From IMG/VR virus record IMGVR_UViG_3300037439_000017, positions 1 to 35,820 of that record: DNA of 35,820 nucleotides; one strand, given 5' to 3'. Below are positions 1-8,276 of this stretch, in pieces. The notes below the pieces were generated by a model, which was not told where the DNA came from, made no database searches, and was given only the letters and a program-made list of their open reading frames with translations. The position numbers and the translations under genes are program-made. The stretch comes from a virus (Duplodnaviria > Caudoviricetes). Every line of letters starts with the position of its first letter. The first letter of the stretch is position 1.

Positions 1-127
1 GGCGAGCGGCCTGCACCTTCGGATCTGACTCCGGAAGGACGGTGATCTTCAGCCCCAACGGTTCGCCGGTGGCTGGGTGTTTGATGTCGACGGTTCGCTC
101 CGCCGCGGTGATGCTGCTGATGTCCAT
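1..127 (-). CDS. Tail assembly chaperone, 5' part (runs off window)
   Basis: ATG at 127 with GAGGA RBS; MDISSITAAERTVDIKHPATGEPLGLKITV..; HPxTGEPLG motif and position right after the tail tube gene. Confidence 0.7.
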   Translation of the reverse strand, partial: MDISSITAAERTVDIKHPATGEPLGLKITVLPESDPKVQAAR

Positions 128-230
128 GAGTGATCCTCGTTGCGTGACGCGATCCAGAAAAAGTCCGACGGGAAAGGTGTCGGATCAGGCACCCTTTCAG
201 GCTTGCGCCCTATCCCGCCGGGTGAAGTGG

Positions 231-701
231 TTACGGTGCGGGGATGTCCAACGTCGTCTGGTTCGCGCCGAGCGTGTAGACGTCGAGGTCGAAGTCCTCG
301 TTGCGTCCGCCGGGATGACGCGGGCCGGCGACCAGGGCGCGGAAGTAGCGCGTGGTGCCGTCCTGCAGATCGATCTTGAACGCGTAGTTGTTGTGGTTCG
401 ACGTCGCGCCGGCGGCACGCATCGCGATCTGACCGGGGTCGAGCGCGGCACGAAGCATCTCGACATCGGCACTGCCGGCATCGGTCAGGCCCTTGCCTTT
501 CGAGATGACCTCGCTGCCCCACGTGTCGTAGCTGACGATGTTGGTCGCGAGACCAAGTTCGCCGACGCTGCCGACGGCTTTCACTTCGACGTACGTCAGG
601 CTCGGGAAGCCGTTGCCGGCGTGATCGTCCAGATCGGCGTTTTGTGGCGTGGTGGAGATGTAGAGCTTGTCGCTGCTGTGGGTGTACGCGGTCTCGGCCA
701 T
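231..701 (-). CDS. Major tail (tube) protein
   Basis: 156 aa; GxVGELG..TNIVSYDTW..KGKG..DAG and DPGQIAMRAA motifs typical of siphophage tube proteins; GAGGA RBS. Confidence 0.85.
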   Translation of the reverse strand: MAETAYTHSSDKLYISTTPQNADLDDHAGNGFPSLTYVEVKAVGSVGELGLATNIVSYDTWGSEVISKGKGLTDAGSADVEMLRAALDPGQIAMRAAGATSNHNNYAFKIDLQDGTTRYFRALVAGPRHPGGRNEDFDLDVYTLGANQTTLDIPAP

Positions 702-720
702 TTCGATTTCCTCGGAGGCA

Positions 721-743
721 ATAAAAAGCCCCCGGTTGGGGGC
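721..743 (-). terminator. Intrinsic terminator-like hairpin
   Basis: Minus strand GCCCCC-AACC-GGGGGC followed by TTTTTAT. Confidence 0.65.
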
Positions 744-765
744 GGTGCTACCGGCGATGCCGGAT

Positions 766-1344
766 TCAGTGCTGCGCCAGAACTTCGGCCAGCGGTTGTC
801 GGGTGAAGCAGGTCAGCGCGGTTTCCCGGCTGGCGTTGATGACGTGCACGCCGCGCGCATCCAGATCGCGCGCGAGCGCGGTGAACTTCGGCTGGCACAA
901 CTCCGGCATCCCGGGAACGAAGTTGCCGAGCGGCCGTGGGTGGTCGGCATGCCAGTGGTGCCGGCCGCCGGTGTGCTGCATGTCGTAGCCGAGCAGAACG
1001 ATCCGCGTCGCGCCCTCGAGGAACGCGAAGTTGATGGCCTGGAAGCCTGAGTTATTACCGCTGTTGATGATGTCGAGGCCGAGGCCTTCGCCCATCCGGT
1101 ATGGCAACTGCTCGACGTCGTCAGGCTGGCCATGCAGGCGCAGCCCAACTCGGCGACCGCGGAACCCTGCGACGCGCTCGCCGTAGTGCTGCCACCACGA
1201 CGGGTCCGCGCTGTAGAGCACATCGGCCCATGGCGCCAACTCGATCGTGTTGTTGATCACCAGCACAATGCCGCGCCCGCGCACCGCCTCCGCATCCTCC
1301 GCGCACATGCTCGGGCCGGATGCCAGCAGGAACCAGGTGGTCAC
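766..1344 (-). CDS. DUF115/Maf (sialyltransferase-like fold) glycosyltransferase-like protein, paralog 2
   Basis: GTG at 1344 with GGAG RBS; ASGPS, INNT..APWADVLYSAD..WW, NSGFQAINFA..GATRIVLLGYDM, HWH motifs. Confidence 0.65.
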   Translation of the reverse strand: MTTWFLLASGPSMCAEDAEAVRGRGIVLVINNTIELAPWADVLYSADPSWWQHYGERVAGFRGRRVGLRLHGQPDDVEQLPYRMGEGLGLDIINSGNNSGFQAINFAFLEGATRIVLLGYDMQHTGGRHHWHADHPRPLGNFVPGMPELCQPKFTALARDLDARGVHVINASRETALTCFTRQPLAEVLAQH

Positions 1345-1352
1345 GTTGCTCC

Positions 1353-1379
1353 AAAGAAAAACCCCGCCGGAGCGGGGTT
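1353..1379 (-). terminator. Intrinsic terminator-like hairpin
   Basis: Minus strand ACCCCGC-TCCG-GCGGGGT followed by TTTTCTTT. Confidence 0.65.
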
Positions 1380-1382
1380 CGT

Positions 1383-1550
1383 TTACTGCGGTGATGCCGG
1401 TCGCATCCAATGCGTAGGACATGGCGGTATGTGTGGACTGTCATCCTCCCACCTTCCATTCATCCACCAAACGATGGTGAATCCCTTGTCCCATGCGACG
1501 ATTGGCTCCCCATCCTTCGGCGCTGTTTCGATGGGCTGCCACTCGTTCAC
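1383..1550 (-). CDS. DUF551-like small protein (55 aa, not in ORF track)
   Basis: MNEWQPIETAPKDG...PTHWMRPASPQ; GTGA overlap with the upstream stop codon. Confidence 0.75.
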   Translation of the reverse strand: MNEWQPIETAPKDGEPIVAWDKGFTIVWWMNGRWEDDSPHIPPCPTHWMRPASPQ

Positions 1551-1753
1551 CGGATCGTCTTCGCCAGTTCCAGCGCCTGCTTCGCGGTGAAGCCCTCTGC
1601 GAGGTAGTGCTCGTAAGCGGCGCGCTGCAGCTTCGCGACCAGCCCGTGGTGCTCGATCATGGCCGGCAGCTTGCGGCGGAACTCGTCGACGGCGCCGGCG
1701 AGTTCGTCGACGTCCGTCCTGACTAGGCTCACCACTCGCTTGTCGTCAGCCAT
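1547..1753 (-). CDS. Hypothetical phage protein
   Basis: 68 aa, coupled to neighbours; C-terminal GFTAKQALEL motif common in small phage proteins. Confidence 0.7.
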   Translation of the reverse strand: MADDKRVVSLVRTDVDELAGAVDEFRRKLPAMIEHHGLVAKLQRAAYEHYLAEGFTAKQALELAKTIR

Positions 1754-1949
1754 TGCAGAACTTGTGCAACACCTTGCGAACTGGCGTGAGGATCGGCTCC
1801 ATGAAGTCGCGAAGCGCCATGTTCAACTGCAGGCCCGCCCAGTAAAACGTGTTGCGGAAAGCGGCGAAGATTTCATCGTCCTCCGCGTATGGCGGCACCA
1901 AGCCAGCCGCCTTGATTTGCGCTATCGACCTCAAGTCCAGTGCATTCAT
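1746..1949 (-). CDS. Hypothetical protein
   Basis: 67 aa, ATGA overlap with the GT2 stop, GGAGG RBS. Confidence 0.6.
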   Translation of the reverse strand: MNALDLRSIAQIKAAGLVPPYAEDDEIFAAFRNTFYWAGLQLNMALRDFMEPILTPVRKVLHKFCNG

Positions 1950-2647
1950 ACCGCCCTCCGGAAACCCACATACGCCGCGGCGCGTTCAGCGCCCAGCCAT
2001 TCTGCCAGAAGCGCGCCGTCGGGGTCTGGATCGCCGAACGTGTCCCGATGCCCCACCCCGATGCCGCCGCGGCCAGGCAATCCCTTGATGCCGACCACGT
2101 TGGCGGTCTCCAGCAGCGCCTTGCTGCCCGTGAAGCCGCGCCAGAGGTCCATGTCGATCCGGCGGCTACCGGCGGCACAGACCTCGCGCAGCATCGCGAG
2201 CGAGCGCCCACGGACCGCTGTGCTGGCCAGCGAGGCATGGAACTGCCCCGGGATGGTCTTGAAGCGCCGAGTCGCGACGTTGTAGTACCGCGCCACCCGC
2301 TCGCCGACCAGCTCCGCGCCTGCAAGGGCATCGACCACCGTGGCGAGGTGCTCGGGCAGGTAGGCGTCGTCATCCTCAAGGATCACCACCGTCGCGCTGT
2401 CCGGTATGTCCGACAAACCCATTGCCATACACGCGGCTTGCGTGTTCATGTTCGGTTGCCAGCGCCAGTGCGGCCTTATCACCGTCAGATGGATGCCGAC
2501 ACGAACCTCAGGCACCTCGGTCATCGGGTCGCAGTCGTCGACCACGACCCACCGCAGGTCGCCTTGATACGTCTGCGCATTCAGGTAACCGGCGAGGAGG
2601 GCGATGCCTTCCGGGCGGCCGCCAGTCGGGGTCAGCAGGTACAGCAC
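1946..2647 (-). CDS. GT-A fold (GT2-like) glycosyltransferase
   Basis: LLTPTGGRP start, LNAQTY, WVVVDD and VVILEDDDAYLP (DxD) motifs. Confidence 0.8.
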   Translation of the reverse strand: MLYLLTPTGGRPEGIALLAGYLNAQTYQGDLRWVVVDDCDPMTEVPEVRVGIHLTVIRPHWRWQPNMNTQAACMAMGLSDIPDSATVVILEDDDAYLPEHLATVVDALAGAELVGERVARYYNVATRRFKTIPGQFHASLASTAVRGRSLAMLREVCAAGSRRIDMDLWRGFTGSKALLETANVVGIKGLPGRGGIGVGHRDTFGDPDPDGALLAEWLGAERAAAYVGFRRAV

Positions 2648-3432
2648 GCGGCCTCCAGCAGTTGCGGCACGATCTCGCGCACGTCGTGCAATCCTGCCGC
2701 TTGCTCGCGCCAGCCGCCCTTGCCGATCACGCCTCGGACAGCAGCGGCCACCAGTTCAGGCGTTGGCACCACGCCGCCGCGACCGCTGTAGTTCCGGATC
2801 ATGGATAGTGCGCTCACATCGAGCAGCGGCCCTTGGTACGCGCTGCGGTGGTCGCAGATCACGAACGGCACTCCACACGCCATCGCCTCCACAGCGGCCC
2901 TGCCTGACGCCAAGACGCACGCCGCGTTCCGCAGCACATCGCGTGCCTGCTGCGGCGAGACGCCGCGCAGATGGCGATACGGAAGACCAAGCGTGGCAGC
3001 TACGTCCGACAACCAGGCAAGGCCGCCGCGGTAGCTGTATCGCACCAGTCCTGCCGAGCCGTCGCCGCCCGGGGACCAGAACTGAAGGTCGATCGGCTGG
3101 CGAATGATCGGGCCGTCACCACCCCAGTATTCGCGGACGCCCTCACTGGTGAAGACGACCGGCATATCCTCCGGCGGGCACTCCGGATCGATGATGCCGT
3201 GCGAGACGGCCATCACCTGATCGCAGGACGCCACCGCCGCTTCTGTGAGGCGGTGATTGGCGAGGATTCCCAGGTCGAACCGTCCGGCAGGCAGCGACCA
3301 CTCCGGGCACCACAGCACCGCGTCATGACCGATGCGCCGTAGTTCGGCCGCAACCGTCGCCACCCACGACTGCACCCCGCCGATCTCGCGCGACGCGCCA
3401 GGCACGTACTTCGCCGCCAGCAGGATCCTCAC
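2632..3432 (-). CDS. GT-B fold (GT4-like) glycosyltransferase
   Basis: GTG at 3432 (GTGA overlap); RILL..GGVQSWVATVAAELRRIGHD and GRAAVEAMACGVP motifs. Confidence 0.8.
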   Translation of the reverse strand: MRILLAAKYVPGASREIGGVQSWVATVAAELRRIGHDAVLWCPEWSLPAGRFDLGILANHRLTEAAVASCDQVMAVSHGIIDPECPPEDMPVVFTSEGVREYWGGDGPIIRQPIDLQFWSPGGDGSAGLVRYSYRGGLAWLSDVAATLGLPYRHLRGVSPQQARDVLRNAACVLASGRAAVEAMACGVPFVICDHRSAYQGPLLDVSALSMIRNYSGRGGVVPTPELVAAAVRGVIGKGGWREQAAGLHDVREIVPQLLEAACCTC

Positions 3433-4025
3433 CGCAGCGCCCTCGCGAGCGGCGCGCGCGGGAAGCACGTCAGCGCCGTCCCTTCGGTGGCGTTGACCAC
3501 GCTGACCCCCTCGGCCCGCAGGTCAAACGCCATGGCCTGGAACTCCGTGCGCCACACCGAGATATGCGACTTCGGCGCGCTCAGCATCGGCCTTCCCTTG
3601 ATGTCGTGATGCTCGCCATGCCAGTGACCGCCGTCTTGCCGGTGCATGTCGAATCCCAGAAGGACAATGCGCTTCGCACCGAAGTGCCAAGCCAGATTGA
3701 CCGCCTGGAAGCCGCTGTTGCCGCCGGTGTGCACGTAACCACGTTCCCGGCAGAGTCCTTTGCCTTCACGCTTGCGCACCAGATGCAGGCGGAACTTCAT
3801 GGCCGCCGCTTCGTCGCGCGTCCACCGCTCGCCCTGAAAGCCGCAGACCTCGTCGCCGTAGCGATCCCACCAGCCGCTGTCGCCGGCATACATCGCCGCC
3901 GCCCATGGTGCGAGCTGCCACGTGTTGTTCACGGTCATCACGTTCCACGACCGGAGCTTGCGAATTTCGGACACATCGACCCGCGCCATGCTCGGGCCGC
4001 TCGCGCAGATGATCCACTTGCTCAC
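3429..4025 (-). CDS. DUF115/Maf-like glycosyltransferase-like protein, paralog 1
   Basis: CASGPS, VNNTWQLAPWA..YAGD..WW, GGNSGFQAVNLA..GAKRIVLLGFDM, HWH; clearly paralogous to 766-1344. Confidence 0.65.
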   Translation of the reverse strand: MSKWIICASGPSMARVDVSEIRKLRSWNVMTVNNTWQLAPWAAAMYAGDSGWWDRYGDEVCGFQGERWTRDEAAAMKFRLHLVRKREGKGLCRERGYVHTGGNSGFQAVNLAWHFGAKRIVLLGFDMHRQDGGHWHGEHHDIKGRPMLSAPKSHISVWRTEFQAMAFDLRAEGVSVVNATEGTALTCFPRAPLARALR

Positions 4026-4429
4026 GCATCGAAACCGCGCCAGGGGATCGTGACGGGATGCATGGTCCGATCAGGTTCCTCGAGCACCGATGACACCCAT
4101 GGCCGCTGGTAGACCCGCACGTCGGCGAGCATCGTGCCCTTGCCGAACTCCGCGATCACCAGCTCCGCCAAGGCGAGGCCGGCAACGATGCCCCCACCGG
4201 GGCGATAGCAGACCGATACCTGGCCGAGCCCCTGGCTCAGCGTCGGCGCGTCGTCGCTCAGCCCGTAGTTCTGCGAGGCGTTCGGGAACCATCGCACTTC
4301 CAGCCATTGGCCAGTCGTCGGCGGGGTCACCCCCACGCCCGGGAAGGCGACCCGCATCGGCGGCGAGAACTCCGCGGCGAACGTGCTGACCTTGGCCGCG
4401 AAGGCGTCGTAGATCGCGCTGCTGCTCAT
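4022..4429 (-). CDS. Tail terminator-like protein (DUF4128-like)
   Basis: ATG at 4429; VAFPG..PP...WLEV, GxxQVSV..P.G.G, PVTIPW motifs; position after the gp10-like gene. Confidence 0.75.
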   Translation of the reverse strand: MSSSAIYDAFAAKVSTFAAEFSPPMRVAFPGVGVTPPTTGQWLEVRWFPNASQNYGLSDDAPTLSQGLGQVSVCYRPGGGIVAGLALAELVIAEFGKGTMLADVRVYQRPWVSSVLEEPDRTMHPVTIPWRGFDA

Positions 4430-4806
4430 GGGTATCTCGCCTTCACTTCCTTCACCACCTTGTTCACGATGAAGTCCCAGTTCTGAGCGGCGAGGCGCGC
4501 GAAGGCATACCGCTGTTCCATGTAGATCGCGTAGTTCGCGGTCCACCCCATGAAGATCGTGTCGCCGGCCTGCAGGGACAGCAGCACGATCGCCGGCGGC
4601 AGCGCACCGGTGGCCGGCATGCCAGAAGGCGACGCCGCCATCGAGCCGCGCAGGAAGCCGGTATCGACTGGCATGTTGCCGCCCTGTGCGCGCGGGACGT
4701 TGGCCTCCGTGGACAGGCGCTGCGCCGACTCGCGGAACACCGCGGTCTGCCGCTTCTTCGCCTTGTCGGCGAACGCTTTCACCTGGCTGGAGAAGTTGCC
4801 GGCCAT
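4426..4806 (-). CDS. HK97 gp10-like neck/tail completion protein
   Basis: ATG at 4806; MPVDTGFLRGS and GWTANYA..E motifs. Confidence 0.8.
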   Translation of the reverse strand: MAGNFSSQVKAFADKAKKRQTAVFRESAQRLSTEANVPRAQGGNMPVDTGFLRGSMAASPSGMPATGALPPAIVLLSLQAGDTIFMGWTANYAIYMEQRYAFARLAAQNWDFIVNKVVKEVKARYP

Positions 4807-5846
4807 CAGGCTTCCATCGCCTGCGCGATCTGGTCGATCCGGTATTCGGCAATGCACCCGCAGTTCACAATGTCCTCGGGACCAGCACCGAGACTGGTAT
4901 CCCCGGGATGCAACAACTGAGCGCCGGATGGCGACTGGAATGCCTCGTCGAGCCCTACTTCTTGCCCATCCATTTCGATGTGCGCTTCTCTCGGGTTTCT
5001 CGATCCTGAGTGGCTCCATGCCTTGCGCACGTTCTGCGGCTTCACCAAGCCCGTGTCGGTGGCCTGCCGGAATGCCTCCTCGCGCGCCTCGTTGAACGCG
5101 GCCAGCGCCTCGGTGCGCGCGATGTTCTCGCCGCGCAACTGCAGCAGCCGATCCGCGTACCGCCCGACGATCTTCTCGACGTCGGTCGGCACCACCGCCT
5201 TACCCTCGGCGATCGCGCGGCTGACGATGCCGTCGAAGCGCTTGTCGCGGCGGACCCTGTCGAAATAACCCCGCATCACCGTCGCGTCGCCGCTCTGCAG
5301 CTGGAGCCGTGCGGAGAGCACGTAGTCCGTCTGCTGGCTGGTCAGCCCGACGATGCCGCCGCTGCGCCGGCCGTTGGCGCCGATGCGGCCGACGATGTCC
5401 AGCGCGGTGGCGCGCGGGTTCTGCCCCAGTACCGTGCCTTCCGATACCGCGATCCGGATGGCGTTGCGCTGGTCGGCGACGATCTCCGTCACCAGCCGGC
5501 TTGACTCGTTGCGCAGCCATGTCTCCGCGCGGGCGTTGCGCAGGTCGAACCCGATGCGCACGCGCGAGTCGCCAGGGCCGCGCAGGACCGGAATCTCCTT
5601 CGCCCCTTCCTTGCCGCCGGCGCCGTAGACGGTCCGGATCGACTCGGCCAGATCGGCGAACCGTGCGGAGTTGATGCCCAGTTCCTCCGCCATGTCGTCG
5701 AGGCGGCCGGCACTGATCAGTTCGGCAAGCCGGTTGATCTGCGCCTGCGCGCGCACACCGACGAACGCTGCTCTGAACGCCTTCGCGATCGGCGGATCGA
5801 GCGCGTCGATCTTCTGCAGCAACTGCCGGCGGGTGAGACGGGCCAT
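4806..5846 (-). CDS. Minor head / head morphogenesis protein (MuF, SPP1 gp7-like)
   Basis: IARTE, KxW..R..H..MDGQ, L.HPGD...NCGC C-terminal MuF motifs. Confidence 0.85.
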   Translation of the reverse strand: MARLTRRQLLQKIDALDPPIAKAFRAAFVGVRAQAQINRLAELISAGRLDDMAEELGINSARFADLAESIRTVYGAGGKEGAKEIPVLRGPGDSRVRIGFDLRNARAETWLRNESSRLVTEIVADQRNAIRIAVSEGTVLGQNPRATALDIVGRIGANGRRSGGIVGLTSQQTDYVLSARLQLQSGDATVMRGYFDRVRRDKRFDGIVSRAIAEGKAVVPTDVEKIVGRYADRLLQLRGENIARTEALAAFNEAREEAFRQATDTGLVKPQNVRKAWSHSGSRNPREAHIEMDGQEVGLDEAFQSPSGAQLLHPGDTSLGAGPEDIVNCGCIAEYRIDQIAQAMEA

Positions 5847-6205
5847 TACTTGCGCGCGTGGTACTTGTAGAGGACCGATTGATTACCCGGCGCGACCGGC
5901 TTCAGATCGATGAAGTGATACGCCTCGCCTGAAATCTCCAAGACATCATCCTTCGTCGGAACGATGCCAAGGTCGGTTGAGATCAAGCCCATCTTGTCGC
6001 CAGCCAGAACCAGTGTTTCGTTCCGGTTGGTGAGGCTGTATCCGGTCTCCAGCAGGATGCAGGGGTGCTGCGTCGGCGTGCCCGGCTGCGGGTTGTGCGG
6101 TGGCCCCGTCGGTGCGCCGGCGCGGAGGATGGTGGCGGCAAAGCCTAATTCCGCGATGAGCGGTCGCGCTACCTCGACTTCGATATCGGTGTAGAACGCG
6201 CTCAT
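5846..6205 (-). CDS. Head-closure (stopper) protein
   Basis: ATG at 6205 (ATGA overlap); 119 aa; LI..G, GD, P..P....LY...ARK pattern; follows the adaptor. Confidence 0.7.
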   Translation of the reverse strand: MSAFYTDIEVEVARPLIAELGFAATILRAGAPTGPPHNPQPGTPTQHPCILLETGYSLTNRNETLVLAGDKMGLISTDLGIVPTKDDVLEISGEAYHFIDLKPVAPGNQSVLYKYHARK

Positions 6206-6714
6206 ACCACGAACACCGCCGGTCCACAGCTTGAACGGAACGTGAGCGGCGCAATGATCTCGTCGATCATCGGAATCACCGGGCGGTTCGGCGGCGAATC
6301 GCCATCCTGCGGCGAGGCATAGGTCACCTCGATCACGTCGACCTTCACCTTCGTGCGTGCCGCACTGGGAACGAAGTCCGGCGACAGGCTGCCGGGTGCG
6401 ATCAGTTCGCGCAGCGCCGCTTCGAACGTCGCGTGCTTGACCTCGATCGGGATCTCGGTGTCGGGAATCTCGTTGCCGGCCCAGTCCGTCGCGCCCGTGC
6501 GCGGCCACTCCCGTTCCTGCGCGCGGCCGCCGGTACGTTCACCAGGGAACACCGATGCCCAGCCGCCACACGACCGCACGCGGTAGCGCTGGTCGATGTA
6601 GTCGGAGCCACGGGTGAGCGCGGCTTCCTTGAGCGCGTTGTCACCCGTCCACGCCGTGTTACCGCGGGCGAGATGGTAGGCGTCGGCTTCCGCAACGGTG
6701 CCGTAGAAGCTCAT
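6202..6714 (-). CDS. Head-tail adaptor (DnaT-like family of phage neck proteins)
   Basis: ATG at 6714; YGTVAEADAYH..RG, AL.R.SDYID, Q.REWPR, IP.EVK.A.FEAA, KVDVIEVTY motifs. Confidence 0.8.
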   Translation of the reverse strand: MSFYGTVAEADAYHLARGNTAWTGDNALKEAALTRGSDYIDQRYRVRSCGGWASVFPGERTGGRAQEREWPRTGATDWAGNEIPDTEIPIEVKHATFEAALRELIAPGSLSPDFVPSAARTKVKVDVIEVTYASPQDGDSPPNRPVIPMIDEIIAPLTFRSSCGPAVFVV

Positions 6715-6863
6715 GACTTCCCCCATCCGAAGCCGAAGCGGCGGCCGACTTTCATGATGTGGCAGAACCCGAGATCAAGGATCGCGAGCACGCCAACGCG
6801 CTCTAAGCGCAGGGGTCCGATCTTGAGTTCGAATACGGCCGGCGCACGATGGTAGGTGAACAT
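6711..6863 (-). CDS. Hypothetical 50-aa protein (not in ORF track)
   Basis: MFTYHRAPAVFELKIGPLRLERVG...; AGGA RBS; ATGA overlap with the adaptor start. Confidence 0.5.
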   Translation of the reverse strand: MFTYHRAPAVFELKIGPLRLERVGVLAILDLGFCHIMKVGRRFGFGWGKS

Positions 6864-6866
6864 CGG

Positions 6867-7232
6867 TCAGTCCTGCGAGATGAAGGGGCCAGTGCCGGGC
6901 GGTACGTCCTCGCTGACGTTCGTCACCGCGGGGTTGTTCGCAGCCTTCGCTTCGGCCTTGGCCAGCAGGCCCTGCAGCTTCGTGATGTGGTAGCGCTTGT
7001 CGGCCTTGACGCCGAGCGCTGTCAGCTTGGCGATCAGTTCTTCTTTGTCGGCCAGCACGAACTGCGAGCGCATGGCCTCGCCCTCGGTCAGCACCTTGGC
7101 GCGGAGCCAGGCCTGCACGACAGCGTTCTTGCGAATACGATCCCAGTCGCGGACGGCTGTCGTCTGGCGCGCGGGGAGTAGCTGCCCGTCGGGAAGCCCG
7201 AGGGCGCTGGAATGGTTGTTGGTGATTTGCAT
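6867..7232 (-). CDS. Head-associated hypothetical protein with C-terminal HeH/Rho-N-like helical motif
   Basis: 121 aa after the capsid gene; KEELIAKLTALGVKADKRYHITKLQ; GAGGA RBS. Confidence 0.7.
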   Translation of the reverse strand: MQITNNHSSALGLPDGQLLPARQTTAVRDWDRIRKNAVVQAWLRAKVLTEGEAMRSQFVLADKEELIAKLTALGVKADKRYHITKLQGLLAKAEAKAANNPAVTNVSEDVPPGTGPFISQD

Positions 7233-7247
7233 GAATCGATCCTCTCG

Positions 7248-7277
7248 AAAGAACGCCGGGGCCCGAAGACCCCGGCG
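7248..7277 (-). terminator. Terminator-like hairpin after the capsid gene
   Basis: Minus strand CGCCGGGGTC-TTCG-GGCCCCGGCG (cUUCGg tetraloop) followed by TTCTTT. Confidence 0.65.
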
Positions 7278-7316
7278 CTTGCTACACGTGGAACACGTGA
7301 TCCCTATCGCTGACGG

Positions 7317-8264
7317 TTAGATGCCGTCGACGTAAGCGACCTCCTTCGGCAGACGCACATCGAGTCCGCCCAGGCGCATCACGCCCGGCACATCCCAGCG
7401 CAGCGGACCGCTCTGGAACACCGGCAGGAAGCGATGCGGCATCGGCATGTGGAGTTTGAGCACCGTCGGGTCGTAGCGGTACGCGATCATCCGCGGCACG
7501 CCGGAGACGCCGGCGGTGTCGAGATCGCGCAGACCACGGATCATCAGCTGCTGACCCGTCATCGCCGTGTAGACGTTGTTCCGCAGGAAGTACTGCAGGA
7601 TCGTCTCGTTCGTGTCCGTGCTCATGCGCCGCGTGGCGATGACCTGGAACTTCGTCCACGGCAGCAGCAGGCGGTCAGCGATTGCGACCGTGTTGGTGCC
7701 GTTGAAGATGTTCAGGATCGCCGCGTTCATGTCGGCCACGATCTCGTCCGTGCTCGCGGTCCCTGCCACGGTCGGCGTGCCCCAGTCGCCGTTCGGTGCC
7801 GCGACTGGCGTCACGCCAGCGGCATTGAACAAACCGGTGAAGCCCTTGCTGGAGTCACCGAGCAGGGCGACGCGATCGACCATCTCCTCCGACGCGCGAC
7901 GTGCCGCGGCTGCATCCTCGTTCGGCAGGTTGATGCCGAGCAACTGGGCGCGGCCGATCTCTTCCCAGCCGTAGCCGTAGCCGATGCCGGCGGTGTAGAC
8001 CGGGGTCTCGAACTTGCTGCGGGTGGTGCCGGCTTTCGGGATGTCGTCGGAGTTGCCGTTGATCCAGTCGGCAGCGCCGTAACGGTCGGACGAGTAGTAG
8101 GTGACGCTCGAGGCGAACTCGCTGCCGGAGGTGTCGACCGGGATCAGGTCCCGATACTGCACATCCGGATAGCGCATCGCGTAGACGAGGGGCTCGATGA
8201 TCGACGTCTGGGAGACGACGAACCCGAGGGCGGACTGTGCATCGAAAAGCGGATTGCTGGACAT
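7317..8264 (-). CDS. Major capsid protein (DUF2184 family)
   Basis: 315 aa; IEP.VY...YP, YGW.EI, G..GLFN, MP.RFLP, GG..V..P..V.Y.DGI terminus. Confidence 0.9.
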   Translation of the reverse strand: MSSNPLFDAQSALGFVVSQTSIIEPLVYAMRYPDVQYRDLIPVDTSGSEFASSVTYYSSDRYGAADWINGNSDDIPKAGTTRSKFETPVYTAGIGYGYGWEEIGRAQLLGINLPNEDAAAARRASEEMVDRVALLGDSSKGFTGLFNAAGVTPVAAPNGDWGTPTVAGTASTDEIVADMNAAILNIFNGTNTVAIADRLLLPWTKFQVIATRRMSTDTNETILQYFLRNNVYTAMTGQQLMIRGLRDLDTAGVSGVPRMIAYRYDPTVLKLHMPMPHRFLPVFQSGPLRWDVPGVMRLGGLDVRLPKEVAYVDGI

Positions 8265-8276
8265 GGTCTGGGCTCC

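Noticed and set aside
6202-6714. Primosomal DnaT function
   Set aside because: Its position in the head-neck module indicates a head-tail adaptor
7284-7301. Extra CI operator (CACGTG twice) after the capsid gene
   Set aside because: Spacing does not fit CACG-N3-CGTG and no promoter is evident
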